Below, in pieces: positions 36,514-50,810 of a DNA stretch of 64,000 nucleotides. This stretch comes from Octopus bimaculoides. Taxonomy: Eukaryota. How positions within the stretch are numbered: position 1 is the first letter of the stretch; each line of letters starts with the position of its first letter. The notes under the pieces are model-generated. The model was not told the DNA's origin and did no database searches. It worked only from the letters and a program-made list of their open reading frames with translations. The DNA lies in contig NC_068981.1 in assembly GCF_001194135.2 (NCBI RefSeq), positions 43,290,081-43,354,080 on the forward strand, read 5' to 3'. The position numbers and the translations under genes were made by a program.

Positions 36514-37306
36514 GTAGATAGATAGATAGATAGAAAGATAGATATTCATAAAGTTTTAAATTGTAAACATTGTTGCGAAGAATAAACAGATGTAGACATT
36601 TTTTAAATCTCTCCGTGGCATTAGTTAATTAGCTAAATTGCCAATGAGGGCATTAATTAAATACATCACTAATTAAACACATTGTGAATGACTGCATCGA
36701 TATGCAAAATAGAGAAACCATTTGGCTAAGTGCTGGCTTGTGTTTCATATAAACAGCTATAAGCTATCAAACTATGCATAGAGAGAAAATGATGGTACAT
36801 CTACGAATTATTTTTAATTGAAAGTAAACTTGTAACAATTTCTGTATGTTGGCTCCCTCAAACAAGTACTATAAGTAATTCATTTAACATCTTTCTTTAT
36901 GCTATAAGGCTTTTAATTCATGAATTATAATCAATAATTCTGTTAAGAAAACTTTAGATTATGTAATATTAAACTTGTTTCAGTCATGATAGGCCACTGT
37001 CTTGAAGCATACCAAGGGATATACTAACCGGATTTACTCCTTCACTTCTTGTATAAAATAGGTATAAAAATTAGGAAAATATATGTACTGGATGTGTCGA
37101 AACAGTCATTGTGAGCAATAAAGTTTTCTGTGTATTCTATTTTCTCTCTCTATTATTTGTTTTATATTCAACATACACTGAGTAATTCCTGAGGTAGATC
37201 CAGCAACAATTGTGTAATTACTGTGGATGACATCAGGTAGACATACGCAATGAACATGCTAGGAACATAAGCAACATATGCAACTCTTAAATATCAACTT
37301 ATATAT

Positions 37307-37525
37307 AGGGAGAATTCACAAAAAAACAACAGACGAAGACAGGTGGTGTAAACAACAAATGGATGTATTAGTATAACGCTCGGGAATAGAGAAAGTCTTT
37401 AACGTCTCGANNNNNNNNNNATTAGTATAACGCTCGGGAATAGAGAAAGTCTTTAACGTCTCGAGCCTACGCTCTTCAACAGAAAGGAACACAGAAAGAA
37501 ACAAGGAGAAAAAAAATATGTGTAG
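37307..37525 (-). mobile_element. Probable Penelope-like terminal repeat fragment
   Basis: Minus ctttctgttgaagagcgtaggctcgagacgttaaagac resembles the CTGAnGA..GAAAC motif of PLE termini; spans a 10-N gap. Confidence 0.5.
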
Positions 37526-37774
37526 TGGTCAGCTATCTATCTATCTTATATGTGTGTGTGTGTATGTGTGTTTTATGAATGTATGCAGGTGTATGTGTGT
37601 GTGTGTGTTTGTGTGTGTGTGGTGGTTGTGAAAAAATATGGTGGAAACTGAAAATGGGAAGGGTTTTAGTTTAACAAATAAAATATTGCAGATTTTTAAG
37701 TACAAAAATTAAGTCTACAACAATTAACTTTATGAGAAAGTTTGTTATGCAGAATATATCACCAACCGATCATG

Positions 37775-38075
37775 ACCATCGCCAGTACCACCTGACTGGC
37801 TCCTGTGCTGGTGGCATGTAAAAAGCACCATCTGAATGTGATTGTTGCCAGGCCCGCCTTACTGCACGTAAAAAGCACCCACTACACTCGTGAGTGGTTG
37901 GTGTTGGGAAGGGCATCCAGCAGTAGAAACTCTGCCAGACCAGACTAGAGTCTGCTGCAGCTGCTGGCTCTCCAGACCTCAGTCAAACCGTCCAACCTAT
38001 GCCAGCATAGAAAACGGACATTAATCAATGATGATGATGATGATGATGAGGATGATGATGATGGTGATGATGATA
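37775..38075 (+). mobile_element. RTE 3'-tail element with ~2 modules and (GAT)n tail
   Basis: gccagtaccacctgactggctcctgtgctggtggcatgtaaaaagcacc..gggaagggcatccag. Confidence 0.85.
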
Positions 38076-38381
38076 TACACACACACACACATATACATAC
38101 TTATATATATGTATATGCTAAAGCAGACAACTTGCAAGCTGAATTCAAATGTAAATACTTTGTCTTATGCATAATATCTTTGGAGATATGCAAAGAGGTT
38201 TCTGTCTACCTACCTATCTGTCTGCCTGTCTGTCTGTCTGTCTGTCTGCCTGCCTGTCTGTCTATAAATGTTTGTTTTTATGTTCAGTTATAATAAAAAT
38301 AATTTTAAATTAGTCTAAAAGTTTACTATATACCTTTGTAATGCAAAATAAATATTTGATAATAATAATAATAATGATAAT

Positions 38382-38772
38382 ACGAGAAAAAAATGCTTTC
38401 TAATTGATGTATCAATATCAGCAGATGACAATGTTTCTGTAAAAGAAACAGAGAAACTTTCAAAATACAAAGATCTGGAAATAGAGGTAACTTGAATGTG
38501 GAGCCTAAAAGCAGAAACAATTCCTATTATAGTTGTTGCATTAGGTATGATAAAAATGACGTTCAGACAAATACATAACAAAAACACCGGAACTAACAAA
38601 TATATATAACATACAGAAAATAACACTACTAAGCACTGCACACATCCTACGCAAAACACTTTCAATACAGTAACCATAAGAGCATCACAACAAACCACAG
38701 TACATACCCAAGGCACACAGAGCTGTGCTCAGTAGTGCAGTAAATGCACGTGATAAAAATAAGACAACTGAG
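38382..38772 (+). mobile_element. R4/Dong-clade LINE 3' fragment (restriction-like endonuclease)
   Basis: KKCFLIDVSISADDNVSVKETEKLSKYKDLEIEVT*MWSLKAETIPIIVVALG..TAHILRKTLSIQ*; (TAA)n on both sides. Confidence 0.9.
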
Positions 38773-38787
38773 TAATAACAATAATAA

Positions 38788-39344
38788 ATGCCCTGATGCA
38801 GTACCATGCACTGGCTCACATGGCTTCTGTTCTTAACTCATTGGAAGTGTTATTATGTATGTGTTTTGTCTTGGTATAAAAGATGGGCTACGGTAAATAT
38901 TCTGCTCAATACCATAGATTTGCTTGGAAGTTGTTTGACCTTAATCATTTGAGCATGTCCCTTAGTAGCTGATGATATGAACATCTTCTCTGATCATGAG
39001 CAGAAGTAGTGGGGGAACATCATAGCCATGTGCTGAGAGGAATTTTGGGGGTTTGAATAATTCATCTCTGGAAACATGGGTGTTTTGTTCAACATTCTTA
39101 AACAACCCTTATTCAAGGACCTTTTAAGTGGGATGGGCTACTCGACCTGAAGAAAATTCTAACTGGGCCTCACCTGCAAGGTCATGTGCTGTTTATCTTG
39201 ATATGAGATTACCATGTCATGCACATATGGTTGTGATGCATGTGCTTGGTGTACCTTTATCAGACGGGTAGTCATGCTGGGTATATTGGGCTTCGTATAT
39301 TTTACCCCAGTCTCACTTTGATGGCATGTACTGCTCTCTCACTC
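38788..39344 (+). mobile_element. Non-coding element with (TAA)n tail, unclassified
   Basis: GC-richer 557-bp block starting in TAA repeats and ending ctctctcactc(aat)n; no ORF. Confidence 0.55.
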
Positions 39345-39394
<50 letters not shown>

Positions 39395-39624
39395 TAATAA
39401 TATTAATAATGATAATAATAATAAATATATATATATATATACATATATATACAAATATATAACCACAAACACACAGACACACACACACACACACACACAC
39501 ATATTTATATATGTGTAGTGTTTGCTAAGAACCTATAGATATATTCTGTAGTATAGCATTGCAGTTTTAAATGCAAGGCAGAGAGCATGACAAGGCTGTA
39601 CGTTTTGAATTACTGATGCAACTC

Positions 39625-39795
39625 ACACGACTGGCTTCTGTTTAGTTTCTGTCTACTAGATTTCACTCATAATGTATGGTTCAACTCAAAACTACAGAAT
39701 ATGATGGTTGCTTAAATGCTGTCATGCAATGGGATTGAACCTGTGACCTCATGATTGGGAAATGAACTTCTTAACTATTCAGCCATACTGTGCCT
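39625..39795 (-). mobile_element. Decayed CORE-type SINE head
   Basis: gggattgaacctgtgacctcatgattgggaaatgaacttcttaactattcagccatac is the reverse of the tRNA-like head. Confidence 0.7.
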
Positions 39796-39868
39796 CTGAA
39801 TATGTGTGTGTGTGCGTGTATGTGTGTGCGAGACTGTCTTCTCTGATGTATTTATGTATTTATTTCAG

Positions 39869-39917
39869 ACTTGTTGATTAGTGCGCTTGACTTCAGTCAA
39901 CTGCATGAAACCTTTAG
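39869..39917 (+). CDS. Candidate 49-nt exon
   Basis: tatttatttcag|ACTTG..TTTAG|gtatgt; single open frame (D)LLISALDFSQLHETF(R). Confidence 0.2.
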
Positions 39918-39954
39918 GTATGTAGAAATAATCCAGTTTATGAAAATACAATTA

Positions 39955-40061
39955 TATATATATATATATGTATGTATATATATATATATATGTATATAAA
40001 CTTAGATAGCTAGACATATTCATATACCTATATATATAAACTATATATCTATATATATATG

Positions 40062-40100
<39 letters not shown>

Positions 40101-40192
40101 GTATGTATATATATATATATATGTATATAAACTTAGATAGCTAGACATATTCATATACCTATATATATAAACTATATATCTATATATATATG

Positions 40193-40230
<38 letters not shown>
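39955..40230. repeat. Two-copy tandem duplication (period 130 bp) of TA-rich sequence
   Basis: aacttagatagctagacatattcatatacctatatatataaactatatatctatatatatatgtctgtgtat repeated identically at ~39999 and ~40129. Confidence 0.9.
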
Positions 40231-40236
<6 letters not shown>

Positions 40237-42363
40237 CATATTTATGTATGTATTATTTATATTTATGTATATCAACTAAGAGTGTTTAAGAGAGGAAGAT
40301 AGGCTGAGAGAGAAAGAGAGATGGAAAAAGAGAGAGAGAAAGATGGGGAGAGTGGGAGTGTGTGTGTGGAACTTTGATCTTTGCCTCCTGAAGCTAAAAG
40401 AGTTTGAGTTAAAAAGAAATCATTATGTATACACACTGCCCTCAGCTATAGTCTTGGAAGAGTTGCTTCTCAGATATTAAGATATTTACGAAATAGAAAA
40501 TTCTGTTTAGAATATTTACAGATTTATAGAATGCTTGTATTTAAAAGGCATCTTGGGTGTTGGTAGCAGTCGTTGACTTGACTTTGAAAGGTGTTGAAAT
40601 AATCAATTGGTTTCAAAATGATAAAGTGAAAATAGTTTCCTTGTTTATTTCTTTACCTTTTTTTTTTTTTGAAAGAATCTTTTCTCTCTTCTTATCTGTT
40701 TAGTTTCTTTTCTTTTTTGCTAAAAATAATTTTCCTTGATAGTAGGAGCCAACATTAATTATTTCAAAGCAGAAGCGATAGACATAACGAACTGCAACAA
40801 CAACCTCAATAACACTAACAGTAACAACAACAACAACAACAACAATAATAATAATAATAATAATAATGATAAAGAAAATAAGAATAATGATGGTAGTAAT
40901 GATAACAATACAATAAATTTTAAAAAATAAGTAAATTTCTGAAAACCAACAATATAGAAATAAAACAGCAAGCAAAAATAACATTTTTTCTATAAATTTT
41001 GCTTTTTAAAAATTTTTTTGTTTGAAAAATATATTATTTGCTCGTATTTATTTTTGTCAGTTGCTGGTTGAAGGAAGGAATATGCTCGGAATAATAATAG
41101 AATTAAAAAAAAAGTCTGGTGTAAAACAAGAGAATATGTTGATATACTGCAGAGGAAGCTGTGAAGTAAATGGAACAAAAGAAGAGAAGAAAAAAACAAC
41201 ACGTCTTTATTATTTTCTTTTTCTATCATTGTATAATTATTCAGAAACAAGAAAGCACACACACACACGCACGCGCACACACTCACACATGCGTGCACAA
41301 ACTCACATACACATACAAACCCACACACATATGCATACATATATTCACAGATAATTTATCATCATCTTCAATCTTTGGTCACTTCAGCCCTTCAGCTGTG
41401 GCTGCTACAAAATTTCAGGTCTTCTTAATTTTCACTCCGGGTTGACTGCCATCTATGGGTTTGGGCAGAGGTTAGTGGGCAACATTCTTTGATATTAAGA
41501 TGCACTACCACTCATGTCTAGAATCATATCTTTGTTGCTTTACTACAAGTCTCCTCTGAGCATGTAAATCTATGATTTAATATATTCCAACTATGATTAT
41601 GCCTTCTTCTTTTTAAACATTAAACCTTGGTGTCAAGTACTAACTTTTCTAATGTGTCCATTCAGTTTTCAAAACAGTAGGTTTGATCAGAGGAATGCTG
41701 GACTCTTATTTCAAGTTGATCAAGCAATTGCAAATACACTCTTTCAGTAGTTTACTTGTGTATGAATAGTTTATCTCTACATGTCTTGTTTTTAACAATT
41801 ATATTTATATATACTGATTCTTAGTTAGGTACACCATATCCCTGAGTACCATAAAGGGACAACTAAAAGGACTGATATAAGGAAGGGCATCTCATCATAA
41901 AACACTGATTTTAGAATGTCTCAGCTAACCCATAGCAGTAAGGAAAAGAAAATGTATGTCAAAATAATAAAGATGACAATGATGCTGAAAATGATGATGT
42001 GGCAGAGAAGGAGAACTATGATGATGATGACAACAAGAACAAGGATGATGATGATCTCATCTGTTGTTTGTTAGCTGTAAGTTATAAAAGAAAGGTTGAA
42101 AGTTATTTGGTGTGTCTGGAAGAGAACAGGTCACCAGCTAACAGAGATGACTCACTCGTGTCTGTTAGCTAATTAGTTAAGATGTTATAGTTTAGTAACT
42201 GCCAGTTGTTATTGTTGACTAGCCACAAGTGAACTTACATTATGCTTTAAGCAATGATCATCAGATGTAAACATGGATATGTGCTTAAGGAGCTTTCTTT
42301 GAAACTGTGGTTTCAAATTCAATCTCACTATACTGCACTTTGGGTCAGTATCATTAACCATAT

Positions 42364-42750
42364 CAGTGGAGGTGCAATGGCCCAGTGGTTAGGGCAGTGG
42401 ACTCGCGGTCATAGGATCGCGGTTTCGATTCTCAGATTGGGCATTGTGAGTGTTTATTGAGCGAAAACACCTAAAGCTCCATGAGACTCCGGCAGGGGAT
42501 GGTGATGAACCCTGCTGTACTCTTTCACCACAACTTTCTCTCACTTTTTCCTCCTGTTTCTGTTGTGCCTGTAATTCAAAGGGTCAGCCTTGTCACACTG
42601 TGTTATGCTGAATATCCCCGAGAACTACGTTAAGGGTACACGTGTCTGTGGAGTGCTCAGCCACTTGCACGTTAATTTCACGAGCAGGCTGTTCCATTGA
42701 TCAAATCAACTGGAACCCTCGACATCATAAGCGACGGAGTGCCAACAACA
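42364..42750 (+). mobile_element. Full-length tRNA-derived SINE with 11-bp TSD
   Basis: A box tggcccagtggttagg, B box ggtttcgattctc, (caa)n tail; TSD attaaccatat at 42353-42363 and 42751-42761; CpG-rich. Confidence 0.9.
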
Positions 42751-43491
42751 ATTAACCATATTTGGAACTGACCACCATCATGTGATATATATTTTAGCTC
42801 ATGGAAACTGTGAAGAAATAAATCATGTTTATAAATAACAACTTTTATTGAGCTTCACAGTTTGGTACTAAAATCATAGCCATCCAAGGAGTATGACTTG
42901 GTTGCTAATTGGTGTGCTAATTGATTTAGTTGCTTAGATAGTTGTATTCAGGTATAAACATTGTACTGTTATCAGATATAGACATTGTCACTGTACCAAT
43001 CTGTATTCTATTCTTTACCACCATCTTGTACATAATGCATTCTACAGTCACTCTGTGTATACTATCAATCATCATTTCCACTTCCCAAGCCAGTTGTTGT
43101 CAGTGTATGTACATCATTCTGTCTCATTCTTTATTATCATTCACCCCAACTAGTTTGTTTCAATCATCATACTGTTTGTTCTCTTCATCACTTATCTTGG
43201 TTTTCTTGTGTCATCACTTTATCTATTATTTACCTTCTTGTATCATTACCTCAAGTGAACTGACGACATAGAGTTATGAGGGCGTTACTTGTGTTGGTAA
43301 CAATGCATGCAGTACTCTTTGTAAAGCGGTTGGTGTTACAATGAGGATTCTGTTGTAGAATCTGACCAAAATGAAATGTGTGGGACCACTCATTCAAGGA
43401 CTGATCAATGTCTTGTGAGTGAAAGTGGTTGATGGAAAAATATGTGTTTGTGAGTGTGCATTTGCATGTGTGTATGTATGTGTGTGTATGT

Positions 43492-43530
<39 letters not shown>

Positions 43531-43605
43531 CGTATGCATGTGTGTGTGTTTATCTCTCTGTTTTCACTTTAACATTACTTTAAAAAATGGTGTTTGGTGC
43601 ATGAG

Positions 43606-43645
<40 letters not shown>

Positions 43646-43719
43646 CCTACATGCACATACATACATACACACACATACACATACATATATATGTGTGTAT
43701 AGGTATATATATATGTTTG

Positions 43720-43771
<52 letters not shown>

Positions 43772-43799
43772 TGGGAAAGCTGCAAGTTCATCAGAGATA

Positions 43800-46035
<2,236 letters not shown>

Positions 46036-46416
46036 TGAAGCACTGAGAGTGCAGACACACACACACACACACACACATACACAACTGTATCCTTTGCCCA
46101 ATCCCCCCCCTCAATATACCCCTACCATCCTAACTGTAACTTTTCCTTGACACCATTTACTTTCCTTACTATTCAGAGTTATTTCACTTGTTACTCACCC
46201 TTCATACATTAACACACTTCTCCTCTCTACCCACACTTTCATTGATTCCTTTCCCGCCGCCCAACTGAGCCACCAAATTATCATGATTATACCTGCATTA
46301 TACCTGTCACAATGCATTATATCTGCCACTCTCTTTCCCACCCATGCAATTTACCCAATATCATGTCATCTCTCTCTCTTGTCCTTCTTCTGTCTATATA
46401 ACATCATTACTATTCT

Positions 46417-47016
46417 GGGATCTATTTTAAAACGGGGGCCACATTTTTCATTAATGTTTTACGTAGTGTTTTTGGTACGGAAAGACTTTCAAACTTCGTA
46501 TACTTATCTATTTTGTGTTATAGAACAGAAAAATATTTTTGTATTCGAATTTATTTCATGTAAAAAATTGTCTTATTTCGATAATTTCAACCAATCACTG
46601 ACAAGTATTCAGTTGTTTACATTTACTCCTTTGGCTGATTAAGTGATGTAAAGCGTATTTAATCTCCATACCTTCGTTTTATTTGCTTTTTTCATTTTAA
46701 ATTTGCTTTAACCCTAACCCTAACCCTAACCCTAACCCTAACCCTAACCCTAGGGTTAGGGTTAGGGTTAGGGTTAATTGTTTCAGAATCGTTTGTTTAT
46801 GTAGTCGGCACTTAATGTATATCAGCTGAATGGATGTCAGTGATTGGTTGAAATTGCAGAAATACGACAACTTAAACATGGAATAACTTATGGATTTCTT
46901 TTTTTTTTAAGAAGAGTAAGAGAAAAAAATGTTTTATATGACACATTCTACCAGTGTTCCAAGTTTCAAAGTGTTTCATTAATGAAAAATGTGGCCCCTG
47001 TTTTAAAAAAGATCCC
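46417..47016. mobile_element. Foldback/MITE-like element, imperfect palindrome over its whole length
   Basis: ~40-bp TIR gggatctattttaaaacgggggccacatttttcattaatg / cattaatgaaaaatgtggcccctgttttaaaaaagatccc; internal IR atttcaaccaatcactgac / gtcagtgattggttgaaat. Confidence 0.9.
46709..46776. repeat. Inverted telomere-motif array (TAACCC)7 TA (GGGTTA)4
   Basis: Read directly; symmetry axis at 46751/46752. Confidence 0.95.
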
Positions 47017-47194
47017 TATTGTGTTACCCAACACTGTCAGTCATCTCCTATATGAAGTTATATTCTGGGAGTGCATTGTGTCCTTCAACAAAACTCTTTA
47101 TTTCACATTGCTCCAATTGACTCAGCTGACAAATAGGTGTAGTACCCATATTTCAAAGGGCCAGCATTGTCCCATTCTGTGTCAGACTAAATCT

Positions 47195-47325
47195 CCCTGA
47201 GAACTTTGTTAAGGGTACACGTGTCTGTTCAGTGCTCAGCCACTTGCATGTTAATTTCACAAGAAGGCTGCTTCATTGATTGGCTCAACTGGAATTCCCA
47301 TGATTGTAACTGATGAAGTGCCAAT
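47195..47325 (+). mobile_element. 5'-truncated 3' part of the 42364 SINE family
   Basis: ccctgagaactttgttaagggtacacgtgtctgttcagtgctcagccacttgcatgttaatttcac matches 42617-42690. Confidence 0.85.
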
Positions 47326-47440
47326 TATCTCCTACACTCACCACATACTCTCATGCAGCCTCCACTCACCAGTCTCCTGGTACCTCTGCCCCACCTCTCA
47401 TTTCTACCCACCTTGTACACTGAAGGTTCTCTCTAACAGT

Positions 47441-47747
47441 TGTTGTTTGTTCCTTCTTGAGCCGTGCCTAGCTCATTAGGGTTGGTTTCCCAGTTTCATT
47501 GGCATATAGGTTCCCCACCTGGATGGGACGCTGGTCCATCACAGGTGAGCTGCTAGATGCAGGAGGTAAGAGTAAGAGAAATTTGTGGCAAAAGAGTCAG
47601 CAGAAGTTCACCATTACCTTCTGCCAGAACCGCATGGAGCTTAGGTATTTTGCTCATAAACACACACGTTGCCCTGTCTGAGATTCAAACCTGCAATCCC
47701 TCGACTGCAAGTCCGCTGCTCTAACCACTAGGCCATGTGCCTCCACC
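47441..47747 (-). mobile_element. tRNA-derived SINE with a V-SINE-like body and 12-bp TSD
   Basis: Head gtggaggcacatggcctagtggttagagc..ggtttgaatctc; body cctgtgatggaccagcgtcccatccagg; TSD ctc(t/c)ctaacagt at 47429-47440 and 47748-47759. Confidence 0.85.
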
Positions 47748-47889
47748 CTCCCTAACAGTGCATCACCAATATTTCTATTGCTTTCCAGCTCCAACTGATC
47801 ACTACCATCCTTTCTAGTCATAAACCTGTTATGCTCCGGCCCTTTCTCTTGTGCTTTATTTCCTCATCTTTAAGCATGTAACTGTCCAC

Positions 47890-48750
47890 TTAGGGTTCAT
47901 AATACTGGTTTCAATTTTTGGCACAAGGCCAGCAATTTCGAGGCAGAACGTAAATCAATTACATTGACCCCATTACTCAACTGATGAAAGGCAAAGCCAA
48001 CCTTGGCAGAATTTGAACTCAGAATGTGAAATTGGATGAAATGCTGCTAAGTATTTTGCCCAGTATGTTAATGATTCTGCCAGTTCACCACCTTAAACTT
48101 GGGGTTCATAATATTCTTTTCTACTCTAGGCAGAAGGCTTGACATTTTGGGGGAATGAAAGGCAAAGTTAACATCGGTGGAATTTGAACTCAGAATGTAA
48201 AGACAAACAAAATACTGCTAAGCATTTTGTCTGACAGGCAAACGTTTCTGCCAGCTCGTTACCTCCTGGATAAGATATATTCCTTTCTACTCAAGGTTCA
48301 AGGCCTAAGATATTTGGGGAGTGGGGGGGCCAGTCAATTACATCGACTGCAATATGCAACTGGTACTTAATTTATTGACCCCGAAAGATGAAAGGCCAAG
48401 TTGACATCGGCAGAATTTGAACTCAGAATGTGAAAATAGATGAAATGCCACTAAGCATTTTGCCCAGTATGTTAATAATTCTGCCAGATCATCACCTTAA
48501 ACTTGGGATCCATAATATTGATTTCAAATTTTGGCACAAGGCCAGCAATTTTGAGGGAGGGGTAAATTGATCATATCAACCTCAGTACTCAGTTTGTACT
48601 TATTTTATCAATAGGCTGAAAGGCGAAGCTGACCTTAGTGGAATTTGAACTCAGAATGTGAAAATGGACAAAATGTCATTGAGCATTTTATTCAGCATGC
48701 TAATGATTTAGTTAGTTTGCCACTTGAAACTTGGGGTTTATAATATTGCA
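47890..48750 (-). mobile_element. Tandem array of four SINE units (family of 13173)
   Basis: gaatttgaactcagaatgt occurs four times (~48009, ~48180, ~48413, ~48641); linker cttgggg(t/a)tcataat recurs. Confidence 0.85.
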
Positions 48751-50369
48751 AGGTGTATAATGATGATCTCGTTAATATTGATGGCACAAAAGTATCACTC
48801 AGTAAACGCTGTAAAGTGGTTGGTGATAGAAAGGCCACCCAACCATAGAAATCTGGAGCATGAGTCACTCCTTGAGCCAATAAGAACCAGACAAACCGCC
48901 CATCTCATTACAGTATAGAATATGGACATTAAATGGTAATAATGAAGAAATGAGTGTGTGTTTAGTTATGTATGTATGCATGTATGTGTGTGGGTATGTA
49001 TGTATAAGGAGAGAGAGAGAAAGAGAGATAAATAGTAGATAGGTACATACACACACACGTATATACACACACACATATATACACACACATATATACATAT
49101 ACATATATGTATGGTACGTATGTGGTTGTGTGTATGTGTGTGTGTACATATTTATACACATGCATATATACATATACAAATATACAACTATACATACACA
49201 CACGTTGTTTCTGATTGTTTCTCAGCATAATTTCCTTTCTAACTCAATATATATGCTAATTCTTATAGAATAAAACTTGGTTAAACAAATGCATTTCTAC
49301 ACATTTGATATCTCATAAAACTTAAAATCATTTCCTACCACCAATAGAACTACTTTGAGATTGCAAAAAAATATTAATAATAATACTTCAATTCCATTGT
49401 GCATTCTGAATTCAATTTTGAATAACAATTAGCTACAATTTCAACGCATAATAAGTATTCCAATGAGTGCTTCATTTGTCTAATTCATATTTTATATATA
49501 TATATATATATNNNNNNNNNNNNNNNNNNNNNNNNNNNNNNNNNNNNNNNNNNNNNNNNNNNNNNNNNNNNNNNNNNNNNNNNNNNNNNNNNNNNNNNNN
49601 NNNNNNNNNNNNNNNNNNNNNNNNNNNNNNNNNNNNNNNNNNNNNNNNNNNNNNNNNNNNATATATGTATCTTATTTTTATATATATATATCTTGTATTT
49701 TCATATTTATCTAATATTTCATTCAATAAATTTTCTTTGCAAAGTCAATTTCATATACTGTTGCCATTGGTCTAAAATATAACATACCAATTTAAAAGTA
49801 TTGGTTTATAATATTATAGCCACTTACTTAAAAATTTACTTATAAATTTATCATTTTCTCCAGTCATGTCTTTACTCTGACACACATATCTGAAGGTCAG
49901 AAATATCTGGTTTAACTAGAAGAAAAATTAGGGTAAATATGAACAGGATGTAAGTTTCTTTTTGTCATGTGAAATGTTGTGATCTGGCAGAATTATAAGA
50001 GTATTGAGAAAATATACTTTGCAGTATTTATTCTGAGTTCAAATCCCTCGGGGGCAACTTTGTCTTTCATCCTTCTGGATTTGATAAAATAAAGTACAAT
50101 GTTAGGGTCAATGGCATTGACTACAATCTTTTTACAATCCTTGAACCTAAATCAGGAACCATTATTTAGTCAATGAAAGACAGTGAAGTGGTAAAGTAAT
50201 GAACAAACATTTCTTGCATTGCTTAGATATGCCACATACTATTTCAAGTTCAAATCTCACAAAAGTTAACTTTACATTTTATTCTCATGGGATGAATAAA
50301 ACAAAGTACGAATCAAGTACTAGGCTAAATTAAATTGACTATAGATGAGAATCCTTTGCAGGCGTTTCT

Positions 50370-50810
50370 AGATTGGTTCAATGAATTCGATACTGAATTT
50401 GAACTTATCTAAGTCAATGCTTGCAGAGAAGGTTTTGGCAGTGAGTTTCAGAAAACTGCAGTTTTGGGAGGGAAGTGTTTAGTATGCATAACATTCCAAA
50501 TATAAATAAACTGGTGATAGTCCAATTCAGCATCAAGTTATCAACAGAAAAAATTGATGGGTTCAGTTTCCATAAGAAGAGTAGAATTTAACACTTCATG
50601 CATGTTTCTTCCTCTGAGAGTCACTGAAAATAGAATGATGTGGGGTTGTCAGTAGCATAGAGTTTAGGAAATAAAGCAAATATCAGAGAAGTAAATAAGT
50701 GAATGACTCAAGTAAATTTAGATGGGAGTGTTTAGCAAATTTTCTGGTGCTGTACTGCTTTTGGCATGAAATCACTCTCATCATAATGTATTGAAGCTGC
50801 TCTGCATATG
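50370..50810 (-). mobile_element. Decayed CR1-like LINE 3' remnant
   Basis: Minus fragments ..HTKHFPPKTAVF*NSLP..SNSVSNSLN resemble the RT..SFFPRT.LWN.LP C-terminus. Confidence 0.4.

Noticed and set aside
37367-37464. 44-bp exact direct repeat flanking a 10-N gap
   Set aside because: Identical sequence on both sides of a minimal gap most likely reflects an unmerged contig overlap, though PLE termini can be tandem
39955-40230. 130-bp tandem duplication as a functional minisatellite
   Set aside because: Two identical TA-bounded units are readily explained by slippage or assembly duplication
42364-42445. tRNA gene (also SINE heads at 13173, 27179, 47670-47747, 53290-53361, 56476)
   Set aside because: A/B boxes are present but continue into SINE bodies with TSDs, and no complete cloverleaf is seen
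46709-46776. Ancient telomere-telomere fusion site
   Set aside because: A fusion scar reads (TTAGGG)n then (CCCTAA)n; here the order is reversed and the array sits inside a TIR-bounded element
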